From contig CAWCPV010000009.1 in NCBI GenBank assembly GCA_963797555.1, positions 224,001-288,000 on the forward strand: a stretch of 64,000 nucleotides of DNA, given 5' to 3'. This stretch comes from an uncultured Gammaproteobacteria bacterium (GTDB lineage Bacteria; Pseudomonadota; Gammaproteobacteria; CAWCPV01). Below, piece by piece: positions 51,944 through 62,746 of the stretch (its first letter is position 1; every line of letters begins with the position of its first letter). A program made the translations under genes and the position numbers. The notes under the pieces are model-generated. The model did not search any database, was not told where the DNA came from, and saw only the letters and a program-made list of their open reading frames with translations.

Positions 51944-53007
51944 GTCCTGCCTCCGTTCGAGCCTCGCCAGAGCATGGGAAGCAGCCGTTTGACCAGCGCC
52001 GTGATGCCGAGGGGCTGAGGTCGGCCTATTTTATACCAGACTCGGCCCGCGTCTTCCATTACTCGCATCGCTGATCCTCTGAGACTTGCATACACCGGAG
52101 TCACCTCCAGATGGAAGTGGCTGAAGGTATGCCGGACTGCCGGCCCGGGCCGGGGATCGACGATTCCAAAGCCGAGGTTTCGCTGGCTCCACTCCTCCGG
52201 GGTAGCCCATCCGGCCCATTCCGGAAAGCTCCACAGGCCGCCCCAGATGCCCGTCGGCGGGCGGCGTTCGAGGAGCACGGTTCCGGCCTCGTGGATTATC
52301 AGGACCTTGGAGTCGCGTACTGGAAGCAGAGCACGGGGCCGCGGCGCGGGATAGTCTGCTTGCCGCCCCTCGCGGTAGGCCTCGCATCCCCTGGCCACCG
52401 GACAGCCGTGGCAGGCGGGCTCGTGGCGCGTGCAGACGGTCGCCCCCAGATCGATGACCGCCTGGGTGTACGTGGCCGGCCGTCGGCGCGGGGTGTAGCG
52501 TTCGGCAAGCCGCCACAGTTCGCGCTCGACCTCCGGCTTCCCCGGCCAGCCATCGATACCGTGAAGGCGCGTCAGGACGCGCTTGACGTTGCCGTCGAGG
52601 ATGGGGCAAGGAACACCCGCGGAAAGCGCCAGGATGGCCCCTCCTGTGGAGCGACCGATGCCGGGCAAGGCCCGTAGCAGCTCCAGGTCCAGCGGCACCT
52701 CGGCGCCGTGATGATCGCAGATGATCTGAGCGGCGCGGTGCAAATTCCGAGCGCGCGCATAGTAGCCGAGTCCGCTCCACAGGTGCAGGACGTCGTCGAG
52801 CGCCGCGCCGGCAAGGGTCCGAACGTCCGGGAACCGCCCCATGAAGCGCTGGTAGTAAGGGATCACCGTCGACACCTGTGTCTGTTGGAGCATCACCTCG
52901 GATACCCAAACCCTGTACGGCGACGGTTCCTGCTGCCACGGCAAGTCTCGACGCCCGTGGCGCTCGTGCCACCGCACCAAGGATGTGCTGAAGTCTTCGG
53001 GGGTCAA
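51940..53007 (-). CDS. mutY: A/G-specific adenine glycosylase
   Basis: [39 protein letters not shown] and the FeS cysteine motif. Confidence 0.96.
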   Translation of the reverse strand: MTPEDFSTSLVRWHERHGRRDLPWQQEPSPYRVWVSEVMLQQTQVSTVIPYYQRFMGRFPDVRTLAGAALDDVLHLWSGLGYYARARNLHRAAQIICDHHGAEVPLDLELLRALPGIGRSTGGAILALSAGVPCPILDGNVKRVLTRLHGIDGWPGKPEVERELWRLAERYTPRRRPATYTQAVIDLGATVCTRHEPACHGCPVARGCEAYREGRQADYPAPRPRALLPVRDSKVLIIHEAGTVLLERRPPTGIWGGLWSFPEWAGWATPEEWSQRNLGFGIVDPRPGPAVRHTFSHFHLEVTPVYASLRGSAMRVMEDAGRVWYKIGRPQPLGITALVKRLLPMLWRGSNGGRT

Positions 53008-53606
53008 GGCTGGGCGGCCGCCCGTTCTACGTTGGTCACCAGCTCCATGGCCTCAGCGCGCAGGCTGTACTTGATGAGCGCCGGCCCGATCAGGGGCGGT
53101 ACCCAAAAACCCGGCGTCAAATCGCCCTGGAACACCACGCGGGTTTCGGTCCCCTCCGGCAGGATACGCCAGTGCATGTAACCGTGCCGCAGGTCGCTTT
53201 CCTCCGGAACCACCTTAGCGATGATGTCGCCCGGCGTCTCTTCCCGGACCTGCTGGACGTGCACGACCGTTTTGCAGAACACCAGAACACAGGGTCGGCT
53301 CACCACGCGCATGCGCAGCGTGCCGCGGTCGGGGCTGGGGAGCAGGACGATCTCCTCGATATGCGGATTGAACCTCGGCAGTCCGGGGTAGTCGGTGAGC
53401 AGGGCGTGGACCCTGGCGTAGGGCGCGGCGATGAGGGCATCGAAGCTCATGTCATAGTTGCCGTGGCTCTCCACGACTCGGGCTTCCAGCACCGTTGCCG
53501 CGAGCGCGCCGACGCCGAGTGCAGAGCACGCCAGGGCGGAGACTAAAGTGGAGACGAAAAGAGTTCGTCCAGCGCACGGCCCTGGCGCCTCGCGGGCCGA
53601 GGTCAC
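53004..53606 (-). CDS. SRPBCC/polyketide-cyclase-like exported protein
   Basis: A....V...LTDY.....FNP, CVL.FC and P.FWVPPLIGP. Confidence 0.65.
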   Translation of the reverse strand: MTSAREAPGPCAGRTLFVSTLVSALACSALGVGALAATVLEARVVESHGNYDMSFDALIAAPYARVHALLTDYPGLPRFNPHIEEIVLLPSPDRGTLRMRVVSRPCVLVFCKTVVHVQQVREETPGDIIAKVVPEESDLRHGYMHWRILPEGTETRVVFQGDLTPGFWVPPLIGPALIKYSLRAEAMELVTNVERAAAQP

Positions 53607-55733
53607 GGTCCGAAGAGGTGAGGAAGCTGATCCGACAGACCCGGGAGCTTTTGTTTCAGCTTCTCCTCCAGCTTCTTCTCGAGTTTACCCTTCTCCTGGT
53701 CGATCTTGGCTTTGGCCCTCTCTCCCAAGAGCGCCTGTAGGTCTAAGCTGAAGCCAGGCTCGAGCAGCGAGCCCCGGACCTTGACCGGGATCGTGAGGCC
53801 CTTCAAGTCTTCTAGGCCCTTGCCGCTCTGGCCTTCCAAGGTTGCCACGATGGATGCCTTGAGCTCGTAGTCCACCGTCTCGCCGACCAGATCGGCCTCG
53901 CCTGCCCCGGCGATCCGCAGCAGCGGAGACTTCAGGACCAGGTCGTGGTTACGTGCGTGCCCGCCTTCGAACTGGAGTGTCCCGGAGAGCTCCGCGAAAT
54001 CGGTCTGATTCGGCGCCGTGGAGGGTGGCAGGGCCTTGCCGTCGATCCGGGCCTTCGCGCGGCGGATCAGCTCCGCAATGTTGATGCCCTTCACGGCGCC
54101 GTCATGGAAGGAGAACGCAAGGTTGCCGTCCAGCGTCCGGCGCATGGCCTGTTCGGTGTTCCCGGATGCAGTGAATTTGGCTTGTATTCCGCCGCTTCCC
54201 GAGAGCCAGTCCCGGCCTTGGAGACTCTTCAGGAGGGGCTCGATCTGGATGCCGGAGAGGGATTCGTCCATGGCCACTCGGGGCTCGGCCCCGCGGGCGT
54301 CGACGCGGATATCGCCCTGGTACCGGCCCTGGTAAAGCTTAGCGTCCGCAGGGTGTAGCCGCAACTGCCCCCCCCGGCCATCGAGCTGCAGGTGTACGTC
54401 CTGGAGCTGCAGGTTGGATACCTTTAGGCGGCCCACTCGCAGTTGCCCCTGTAGATTGAGGCTGCGCAGGAGGCCTACAGGTAACAGGGCAGCCGCCCCC
54501 GCAACCGGCGCGGGGCGCGCCCGGGCCGACGATGCACGGTCCGGTGTCCCGTCGGTTCGGGGTGGAAGATAACGATCCAAATCAATCCCGTCGATCTCCA
54601 ACTCGAACGTGACGGCCGGGTGGGCCAGGTCGCGCACCTGAACCGTCCCTTGCAGCGACGTGTCGTCCAGTCGGACCGTCAATGGGGCGAGGCTCACGGA
54701 CGAGGGCGTTGCGTCCACGGTCAGCTTGGCTGATGCGTGCTTGAGAACCGCGGGATCGGCAGTGGGAGGGGCGGGCACACGGAGGGCATCGAGGGTCTTG
54801 CGAGGGTCGAAGGGGGCGAGCACCAGAGTGCCTGTCACGTGGGGCGTGGTCAGCACTTGCTTGGCCTGGAGGTTGCCGCTCGCGGTCAGGCCCCAAAGCC
54901 CCACCTGGAGGTGACTGAGGTCGGCCGTCTGGCGCTGTGTGTCAGCGGCCACATCCGCCGCGAGAAGCATGTCCAGACCTTTCCCCGGCAGCGTTGGGCT
55001 CTGAAGCTGGGTCTGCAGCTTGAAATCATCCAGGCGGTACCGGCCGGTGTCTGGCGACATCATCACCCGACTCGCGATGCTGAATGTGCCCTCCGCGGCG
55101 GGGCGGGAGGCTCTTCAGCCGGCCGTTGAGTTGGAACTCGAACGGATGTCCGGCGACAAGGGGGGTGCTGCGGACGTCAACGCCATCCAGCAGGACTGAA
55201 GTATCGTCGCGGTGATCCCGCCAGCGGATGTGCGCGTCCCGCACGTCCACGCCGGCAACGCTGAAGGCGGCCAGCCCGCGCCCAAGCTCCGTGGTCCCGA
55301 CGCCCTCGGCCTTATCGGCGCCCCCTTTTTTGCCAGCCAGGTCCTGCCAGTTGGCTCGGCCTGAGCGCCCGATCTCCAGGTCCAAGCTGAGACCCCGCAG
55401 AGTGATCGTGTCCATGACCACCTTCCGCCTCAGTAACGGGAGGAGCTGAACCTTGACGGCGGCCGAGTCGACACGCGCGAATGGCTCCGGCCCGAAGCCC
55501 GGGGCGTTGCTGAGCGCCATGTGGCCCAGGGTGACTCCGAGCCAGGGAAACACGGAGAGCTGGATGTTGCCCTCGAGGGTCAGCTCACGCCCGGTCTTTT
55601 CCTTGACCAAACCGGCAATTTGACCTTTATAATCGTTCGGGTTAAAGAAGAGCACCACGGCCGCCGCGGCGGACACTAACAGGGCAACGAGCAGGCCTAG
55701 AAACCAGGCGAGGAGCTTCACGATCTTGGGCAT
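53603..55733 (-). CDS. asmA: AsmA family protein, frameshift near 55075
   Basis: N-terminal TM, PNDYK..I...V...TGR.L, SVFPWLG and C-terminal DGAVKGIN..T.F..L..N.DL...SPLLR..G.G. Confidence 0.88.
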
Positions 55734-55871
55734 GGTGGCGGTCTCGTGGGGGTCGCCGCCATGATACAACGCAGGAGTCAGAATTGAAGCCCGCGGCACG
55801 AGGGCTGCGGGACGGTGCGGTCGGGCGCAAGGCAGAGCTTGCGGATCCAGAGCAAGGGAAGGGTTGACCAC

Positions 55872-56369
55872 ATGACAGACTACTGCGTAGTCGTGACGGA
55901 CGGGGCGCGCGCACGGCTTTTTACGCTGGAGCCGGCCGACTTACCGGAGATCGAGTCGAGCCCGAAGCTGGTGGAGCGTGAGGCGCTGGTGAACCCGGAG
56001 AGGGATCTGCCGGATCGCGAACTGTTCTCCAGCAGCAAGGCCGGCCGCAATCGGGCGCCCCAGGGCGGGCCCGCCCACGGATATGACGACCATCGTTCAC
56101 AGCACGACGATGAGTTCGAGCGCCGCTTTGCGCGAACCGTTGCGGGGCATACCGTTCGCATGGCCCATGACAGCCGGGTGCGCTACGTGGTACTGGCGGC
56201 TCAGCCACGCATGCTGGGATTCTTGCGCCAAGAGATCGGACAGCTAGTCAAGAATGGGTTCGAGGTGCGCGAGCTGGCGAAGGACCTGAGCAAGCTGCCG
56301 CCCGGTCAAGTGCACGAACACTTGGCCACGGAGCGCCTGTTGCCTCCGTGCAAGAAGGCTGGTCGCTGA
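55872..56369 (+). CDS. Host attachment protein family
   Basis: VVV.DG.RARLF, E.RFA..VA, L.A.PRMLG.LR and KDL.KL. Confidence 0.75.
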   Translation: MTDYCVVVTDGARARLFTLEPADLPEIESSPKLVEREALVNPERDLPDRELFSSSKAGRNRAPQGGPAHGYDDHRSQHDDEFERRFARTVAGHTVRMAHDSRVRYVVLAAQPRMLGFLRQEIGQLVKNGFEVRELAKDLSKLPPGQVHEHLATERLLPPCKKAGR

Positions 56370-56378
56370 GCGAGCCAG

Positions 56379-57007
56379 ATGCCCCGGCACGCTGCTCGAC
56401 TTCTGGTGCTCCTCGCGGTCGCCGGCTCCGCTTGGAGCCAGTCGGCGGGCGCAGACATCTACACTTTTACGGACGCCCGCGGCGTGGTGAACTTCAGCGA
56501 CCGGCCGCTCGGGCCGGGATACAAGCTCTACCGACATTCCTCATTGGCTCACCTTCGAGTGCGTGGCTTCAGGCGGGCCCGCAGCCTCGCCGGCGGCTCA
56601 CTGGTCGCCCGCCGAAAACGCTATGCGGCTCTCGTGGAGGCCACGGCGCGGCGCTTTGATTTGGATAGCGCCCTCCTGCACGCCATCATCACCGCGGAGT
56701 CCGGCTATAACCCTGGGGCGGTGTCAGACAAGGGTGCCCTCGGGCTCATGCAGCTCATGCCCGGCACGGCCCAGCGATACGGTGTCTACGACACCCAAGA
56801 CCCGGCCGACAACCTCGAGGGGGAGCGCGATACTTGCGCGACCTGCTGCACATGTTCGACGACGATGTGCGGCTTGCGGTAGCCGCGTATAACGCTGGCG
56901 AGAACGCCGTGTTGACGCATGGCAACAGCGTCCCCCCCTACGAGGAGACGCAACGGTATGTGAGTAGGGTCCTGGACTACTACCGCCGCTATCGGGACAT
57001 CAACTGA
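56379..57007 (+). CDS. Lytic transglycosylase (SLT), frameshift near 56820
   Basis: AESGYNP.AVS.KGA.GLMQLMP.TA; AAYNAGE.AV...PPY.ETQ.YV in a second frame. Confidence 0.85.
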
Positions 57008-57435
57008 GAGCTTGTGAATAAATCTACTGCGCGTCCCGATAGCCGCGTTGCGCGGTGTTCATGGCGTACCTCCTGTACGCCACCCCTTCGGGGCGTCCCG
57101 CGGACGTGCCGAATGGCTGTCCTGCCATTCGGTCGCTCCTCGCCTATCTACTTGATATGTCTCGTCGCTGCGCTCCGTGCGCCTCGCTCTCGGGCCGCTC
57201 GCGACGATTTCTTCACAAGCTCTGAGAGCTTGTAAATGAACCTGCTGCGCGTCCCGACAGCGGCGTTGCGCGGTGGTCATGGTGTACCTCCCTGTACGCC
57301 ACCCCTTTGGGGCGTCCCTAGGACGTGCCGAATGGCTATCGTGCCATTCAGTCGCTCCTCGCCCAATCTATGTCTCGTCTCTGCGCCCCGTGCGCTTTGC
57401 TCGCGGGCCGCTCGGGGCAATGTTTTCACAGGCTC
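57008..57435. mobile_element. Tandem pair of ~210-bp MITE-like elements (57008-57222 and 57226-57435)
   Basis: Each has terminal IRs GAGCTTGT(G/A)AA...TTCACA(A/G)GCTC, with TGA before, between and after the copies, and internal palindromes. Confidence 0.8.
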
Positions 57436-57576
57436 TGAGAGCGGCCGGAACTTTTCGTCGGCGGTGCAGTCTATTTAATCGTGCGTCACCCCTGACGCAC
57501 TCCCGCTTCCCCTCCCTGAGCGGGAAACCCCTACCCGGCATCCCCAAGCCGGGAAATGTTGGGCCCCGGTTACCCC

Positions 57577-58209
57577 CTATCCGGGGCCTTCTTTTTTGGT
57601 GCACTGCGCCACCTCGGGCTCGGCCCAAGCCTCGATGAAGCTGCGTGCGTCATCGGTGCCCTGGTGCGTGCGCGCTGAGAACAGCTGGACGGTTACCGCC
57701 AATCCACGCTCAGCGAGCCAGTCCCGCGCCTCTTGCAGGATCCTGAGCGACTCGCCCCGACCCAGCTTGTCGGCCTTATTGAGCAGCACGTGTATCGGGA
57801 TGCCCATGTCCCGGCACAGCCAGAGCAACTGGTGGTCCCCCGGCGATAAGGCGTGACGGATATCCGTTACAAGCAGCAGGGCGCGCAATGAACGTCGTCT
57901 CGTCAGATACCGCGCCAGCGTCGCCTGCCACTGCTGCACCATGTCGTGCGGCGCCTTGGCATAGCCATAACCGGGAAGGTCCACCAGCCTGCGGCCGTCT
58001 CCGAGGTCGAAGAAGTTTAGCTGTCTGGTGCAGCCGGGCGTCTTGCTGGTCCGGGCGAGCTTGCGCAGCCCGAGGATGGCGTTGACGGCGCTCGACTTGC
58101 CTGCGTTGGATCGGCCAGCAACGGCCACCTCTACACCGCGGTCGGGAGGGCCATGGTGTAGACTAGGTGCCCCCTTGAGGAACCGTGCACCGGGAAACGG
58201 ATGTGACAT
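57577..58209 (-). CDS. yihA: Ribosome biogenesis GTPase YihA/EngB
   Basis: [23 protein letters not shown] and NKADK. Confidence 0.95.
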   Translation of the reverse strand: MSHPFPGARFLKGAPSLHHGPPDRGVEVAVAGRSNAGKSSAVNAILGLRKLARTSKTPGCTRQLNFFDLGDGRRLVDLPGYGYAKAPHDMVQQWQATLARYLTRRRSLRALLLVTDIRHALSPGDHQLLWLCRDMGIPIHVLLNKADKLGRGESLRILQEARDWLAERGLAVTVQLFSARTHQGTDDARSFIEAWAEPEVAQCTKKEGPG

Positions 58210-58365
58210 CGCGCCATCATAGCCCGGCGCGCCTCGCCGCCCAAGTTAACACGGGTGGGGCGTAATGATATATTAAGCGCGCCTTTAAATTCTGAAGAAC
58301 CCGCAACCGGACCGAGCGGTCTTGTGGCGTCTGTACTTCGGACTACGACGAAAGGAGAACTGTGC

Positions 58366-58677
58366 ATGAAGAGGTTTGCCCTTGTTGCCGTGTGCGGGCT
58401 GTTGGGAACGTCTGCAGCAGTCCATGCCGCCGGCGATGCCGCAGCCGGCAAAGAAAAATCCGCCCTTTGTGCGGGCTGCCACGGAGCCGACGGTAACGCT
58501 GTGGTGCCCATGTACCCGAGGTTGGCGGGACAGCACGAGCAGTACCTGGTGAGCTCGCTCAAGGCCTATAAGGACGGGAGCCGCAACAACCCGATCATGA
58601 AGCCCATGGCTGCGCCGCTCAGCGACCAAGACATCGAGAACCTGGCCGCCTATTTTGCCAGCCAGGCATGCAAGTAA
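58366..58677 (+). CDS. Monoheme cytochrome c (c553/c554-like)
   Basis: Signal peptide, CAGCH and P.LAGQ...YL. Confidence 0.9.
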   Translation: MKRFALVAVCGLLGTSAAVHAAGDAAAGKEKSALCAGCHGADGNAVVPMYPRLAGQHEQYLVSSLKAYKDGSRNNPIMKPMAAPLSDQDIENLAAYFASQACK

Positions 58678-58690
58678 CGGGAAGCGCTTT

Positions 58691-59293
58691 ATGTGGATGA
58701 GCGTGCTCACTGCCTGTGCGGTCCTCGGGATGGTGGGGCCGGCTCAGGCGGACGGAGACCCGCAAGCGGGTATGGCCAAGGCCGCTGCCTGTGCCGCGTG
58801 TCATGGCGCCGACGGCAACAGCGTGGCGCCGAACTTCCCCAATCTGGCGGGGCAGAATCCCGCGTACACCGTGAAGCAACTGCGCGATTACAAGTCCGGG
58901 GCGCGCAGGAGCGACATCATGGGCGGTATGGTGACCCCCCTCAGCGACCGGGACATGGAAGATTTGGCGGCTTATTTTTCTGGTCAGCCGCTCAAGATCG
59001 GAGTCACAAGCGAGAAGTCGCTGAGTGCGGGGCAGCGTTTGTACCGAGGGGGCGACCGCGCGACGGGTGCGCCCGCTTGCATGGCATGCCATAGTCCGAG
59101 CGGGGCGGGCGACGATGCGGCGAGGTTTCCTCGGCTGTCGGGGCAGCACGCGGATTATGTCCTGACTCAGCTCAAGGCTTTCCGTGACGGCGTGCGCGCC
59201 AATGATCCGAATCAGATGATGCGCGCTATCGCCACCCGAATGACGATTGACGAGATGCAGGCCGTCGCCCAGTACATGGTCGGGCTTCACTAG
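58691..59293 (+). CDS. Diheme cytochrome c4
   Basis: CAACH and CMACH motifs. Confidence 0.92.
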   Translation: MWMSVLTACAVLGMVGPAQADGDPQAGMAKAAACAACHGADGNSVAPNFPNLAGQNPAYTVKQLRDYKSGARRSDIMGGMVTPLSDRDMEDLAAYFSGQPLKIGVTSEKSLSAGQRLYRGGDRATGAPACMACHSPSGAGDDAARFPRLSGQHADYVLTQLKAFRDGVRANDPNQMMRAIATRMTIDEMQAVAQYMVGLH

Positions 59294-59406
59294 CCGACGG
59301 GGTCACCCGACGGGATGTCAGCAGAGGGCGGCTTGGAGCCGCCCTACTTTTTTCGGGTACACTTGCCTCCTGCGGTCGACGGCCGCACAGCCTGCGAGGA
59401 GTTTCA

Positions 59407-60084
59407 ATGCCTAGCGTCCGGGTTTGGTGGATGTCGCTGTTTTTGGTGATGGGCGCCGCCGCGGCGGAGAGCGCTGCGTCGACGGACTTCACGGAAGGGA
59501 TCGAGTACCAGCGGGTCGTTCCCACTCAGCCTACCGAGACGGGCAAGAGGATCGAGGTAGTCGAGCTGTTCTGGTACGGGTGTCCGCACTGCTACCACTT
59601 CGAGCCGGAGCTGGATGAGTGGGTGAAGCACAAGCCGGAAAACGTCACGTTCCGGCGCATGCCCGCTGTCTTCATCAACCCCCGCTGGGAACTCGATGCC
59701 CGGGCCTATTACACGGCGGAGGCCCTGGGGGTGCTGGACAAGATGCATGCGGCACTTTTCGACGCCATCCACAAGGAGCACCGCAAGCTCGGTACCGAGG
59801 CGGAATTGATGGCTTTCTTCGCCGAGCACGGTGTCGGCAACGAGGATTTTCAGCGCACCTTCCACTCCTTTTACGTGGACACCAAGGTGCGCCAGGCCAA
59901 GATGATGACGCAGCTTTACGGCGTGGACGGGGTGCCCACCATGGTCGTCAACGGCAAGTACCGGACCGAAGCGAGCCTGGCGGGCAGCGAGGCGAACATG
60001 CTGCGCGTGGTCGACTTCCTGATCGCCAAGGAAACCGCCGCTGCTACTGCATCCGCGTCTCCCGCGGCGGGCGCCGGCCACTGA
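59407..60084 (+). CDS. dsbA: Thiol:disulfide interchange protein
   Basis: FWYGCPHC and GVPT.VVNGKY. Confidence 0.93.
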   Translation: MPSVRVWWMSLFLVMGAAAAESAASTDFTEGIEYQRVVPTQPTETGKRIEVVELFWYGCPHCYHFEPELDEWVKHKPENVTFRRMPAVFINPRWELDARAYYTAEALGVLDKMHAALFDAIHKEHRKLGTEAELMAFFAEHGVGNEDFQRTFHSFYVDTKVRQAKMMTQLYGVDGVPTMVVNGKYRTEASLAGSEANMLRVVDFLIAKETAAATASASPAAGAGH

Positions 60085-60097
60085 CGGACTGGCCGTC

Positions 60098-61729
60098 TTG
60101 AGGGCTGCCCAGCTCTTCGTCAGGTGCCTGGAGAATGAAGGCGTCGAGTACATCTTCGGCATTCCGGGCGAAGAGAACCTGGACGTCATGGATGCCCTGT
60201 TGGACTCCAGCATCCGATTCGTGACCACTCGTCACGAGCAGGGGGCGGCGTTCATGGCGGATCTCTACGGGCGGCTCACGGGGCGCGCCGGGGTCTGCCT
60301 GTCCACGCTGGGGCCCGGCGCGACGAACCTGCTGACCGGCGTCGCCGACGCCAACATGGATCACGCCCCGGTGGTCGCCATCGCCGGACAGGCGGCCACC
60401 ACCCGCCTGCACAAGGAGTCCCACCAAGTGCTGGACCTGGTGAACCTGTTCCAGCCCGTAACGAAGTACGCTACTCGGATTCTCGAGCCGGAGATCATCT
60501 CGGAGGTCGTGCGCAAGGCGTTCAAGCTCGCGCAAGAGGAAAAGATGGGGGCGTGTTTCATCGAATTTCCTGAGAACATCGCCGAGTTGGAGATCAGCGA
60601 CACCCCCTTGCGTTCTTTTCCGCCGGTGACCCCGGAACCGGCGACGCAATGCTTGCACGCAGCCGCCGAGATCATCTCGCGGGCGCGCAATCCCATCATC
60701 CTGGCCGGAAACGGCGTGATTCGGGCCGGTGCCTGGCTGCAGCTCGCCGACTTCGCGTCCCTTCTCAACATCCCCTTGGCGAACACCTTCATGGCCAAGG
60801 GCGCCATCCCTTTCCGCCACCCCATGGCGTTGGGGAGCGTGGGACTTCAGGCCAGGGATTACGTGAACTGCGGGTTCGATCGGGCCGACCTGATCATCTG
60901 CGTGGGGTACGACCTGGTCGAATATCCCCCCCAACTGTGGCATCCGTCTCGGGACCGACAGATCGTCCATATCGACACGCTGGCAGCCGAGGTCGATGCC
61001 AGCTACGAACCGAGCATCAGCGTGGTTGGAGATATCAAGCACAGCCTCATCCGGCTGGGGGAGCTGGCGACGCCCCAGCAGGGGCACAAGATGCGTCCGC
61101 TGCGCGAGGCGCTCATCCAGGAGATGAACCAGCACAGCCGCGACGAAAGCTTCCCGGTGAAGCCCCAGAAGATCATCTGGGACCTGCGCACGGCCATGGA
61201 GTTGGAAGACATCGTCATCTGCGACGTGGGAGCGCACAAGCTGTGGATGGCCCGCATGTTCCGTTGCGAATACCCCAACACGTGTATCATTTCCAACGGG
61301 TTCGCCAGCATGGGCATCGCGCTGCCGGGAGCGATTGCGGCCAAGCTGGCCCGGCCCAATCAGGCCGTCGTGGCGGTGACCGGCGACGGCGGCTTTCTGA
61401 TGAACGTCCAGGAGCTGGAAACGGCAGTACGGCTCAAGCTCGCTCTGGTGGTGCTGGTGTGGAACGACGGTGGCTACGGGATGATCGCGTGGAAACAGGC
61501 GAATCTGTTCGGGCGGACCTCCCACGTCAGTTTCGCCAACCCGGATTTCATACGTCTGGCAGAGTCCTTCGGTGCTCGCGGCTACCGGGTGGCGTGCGTT
61601 GCCGATCTCTTGCCGGTGTTGAGGCAAGCCCTTGCGGAAGACGCCGTAAGCGTCATCGACTGCCCGGTCGACTACAGCGAGAACTTCAAGCTCACCGCCA
61701 AGCTGGGGGAGATGATATGCCCGCTGTGA
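60098..61729 (+). CDS. Acetolactate synthase large subunit-like TPP enzyme
   Basis: FG.PGEEN, RHEQGAAFMA, GPGATN and GDGGFLMN.QEL. Confidence 0.92.
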   Translation: MRAAQLFVRCLENEGVEYIFGIPGEENLDVMDALLDSSIRFVTTRHEQGAAFMADLYGRLTGRAGVCLSTLGPGATNLLTGVADANMDHAPVVAIAGQAATTRLHKESHQVLDLVNLFQPVTKYATRILEPEIISEVVRKAFKLAQEEKMGACFIEFPENIAELEISDTPLRSFPPVTPEPATQCLHAAAEIISRARNPIILAGNGVIRAGAWLQLADFASLLNIPLANTFMAKGAIPFRHPMALGSVGLQARDYVNCGFDRADLIICVGYDLVEYPPQLWHPSRDRQIVHIDTLAAEVDASYEPSISVVGDIKHSLIRLGELATPQQGHKMRPLREALIQEMNQHSRDESFPVKPQKIIWDLRTAMELEDIVICDVGAHKLWMARMFRCEYPNTCIISNGFASMGIALPGAIAAKLARPNQAVVAVTGDGGFLMNVQELETAVRLKLALVVLVWNDGGYGMIAWKQANLFGRTSHVSFANPDFIRLAESFGARGYRVACVADLLPVLRQALAEDAVSVIDCPVDYSENFKLTAKLGEMICPL

Positions 61730-62577
61730 GGTCGGCCGCCGAGCGCGCGACCTCTTCGGCCGGCCGTGTCGGGCCCGGGCGTCGGCTGCGGCTCCTGAGC
61801 TACAACGTACAGGCTGGGATCGCGACGCGCCGGTTTCGGGAGTACCTGACGCAGGGCTGGAAACACGTTCTGCCCCATCCCGAGAGCCTGGACAATCTGG
61901 AACGTATTGCGGGCGTGGTGCGCGATTTCAACGTCGTGGGCCTGCAGGAGGTTGACGCGGGGAGTCTCAGGAGCGGGTTCATCAACCAGACCGAGTACCT
62001 CGCGCAGCACGCGGATTTCCCGTATTGGTTTCACCAGACCAACCGCGACCTCGGGAGGCTTGGGCAGCCCAGTAACGGGTTGCTGAGCCGCTTCCGGCCC
62101 GCGGCGGTGGTGGAGCACAAGCTGCCGGGACGGATCCCAGGTCGGGGCGCGCTCCTGGTCCGCTTTGGCCGTGCGGACCATGCCCTGATCCTGCTGATCC
62201 TGCACCTGTCGCTGGGGCGCCGGTCACGGCTAGAGCAGATCGACTACCTCCGCGACCTCTTGACGGGGTACGAGAACGTCGTCGTGCTTGGGGACCTGAA
62301 TTGCACGGCGCAAAGCGGTGAAATGCGCCGCCTAGTGGAAGGGGGGGCGCTTCGACAGCCTGCAGAGGACGTCAAGACCTTTCCGAGCTGGCGCCCCTCT
62401 GTCGGGTTGGATCACATCCTCGTAACACAGTCCATCCAGGTCGGCAAGGTGACTGCCCTGGACTACGGTTATTCGGATCACCTCCCTGTCGCCATGGAGG
62501 TGGTTTTGCCACCAGGCGTTGGCCCGGGAGCCTCGCGTATTTCCGTCCCCACTCTAGAAAGCTTGAAATCCACCTAA
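61717..62577 (+). CDS. Endonuclease/exonuclease/phosphatase family protein
   Basis: SYN.Q, LQEVD, HLSL, GDLN, DHI and SDHLP. Confidence 0.88.
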   Translation: MPAVRSAAERATSSAGRVGPGRRLRLLSYNVQAGIATRRFREYLTQGWKHVLPHPESLDNLERIAGVVRDFNVVGLQEVDAGSLRSGFINQTEYLAQHADFPYWFHQTNRDLGRLGQPSNGLLSRFRPAAVVEHKLPGRIPGRGALLVRFGRADHALILLILHLSLGRRSRLEQIDYLRDLLTGYENVVVLGDLNCTAQSGEMRRLVEGGALRQPAEDVKTFPSWRPSVGLDHILVTQSIQVGKVTALDYGYSDHLPVAMEVVLPPGVGPGASRISVPTLESLKST

Positions 62578-62746
62578 GCTTAAACTACATTGCTGGCAGA
62601 TCTTCAAGTCGTTTGTCAGCGGGCACGGGTGTGTTGTGTCATAGCAACGGCTGATTGAGCGGGGCAAGCAACCAAGAACGACCCCCCGGCCCACGGCGAA
62701 AAAGCGGATGTCCGGGCGTTTGGGTCGACAAGGAGGGGAGAACGTG

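Noticed and set aside
60649-61716. 642-aa ORF as a long EEP protein
   Set aside because: It is an alternate frame over acetolactate synthase; the real start is near 61717.
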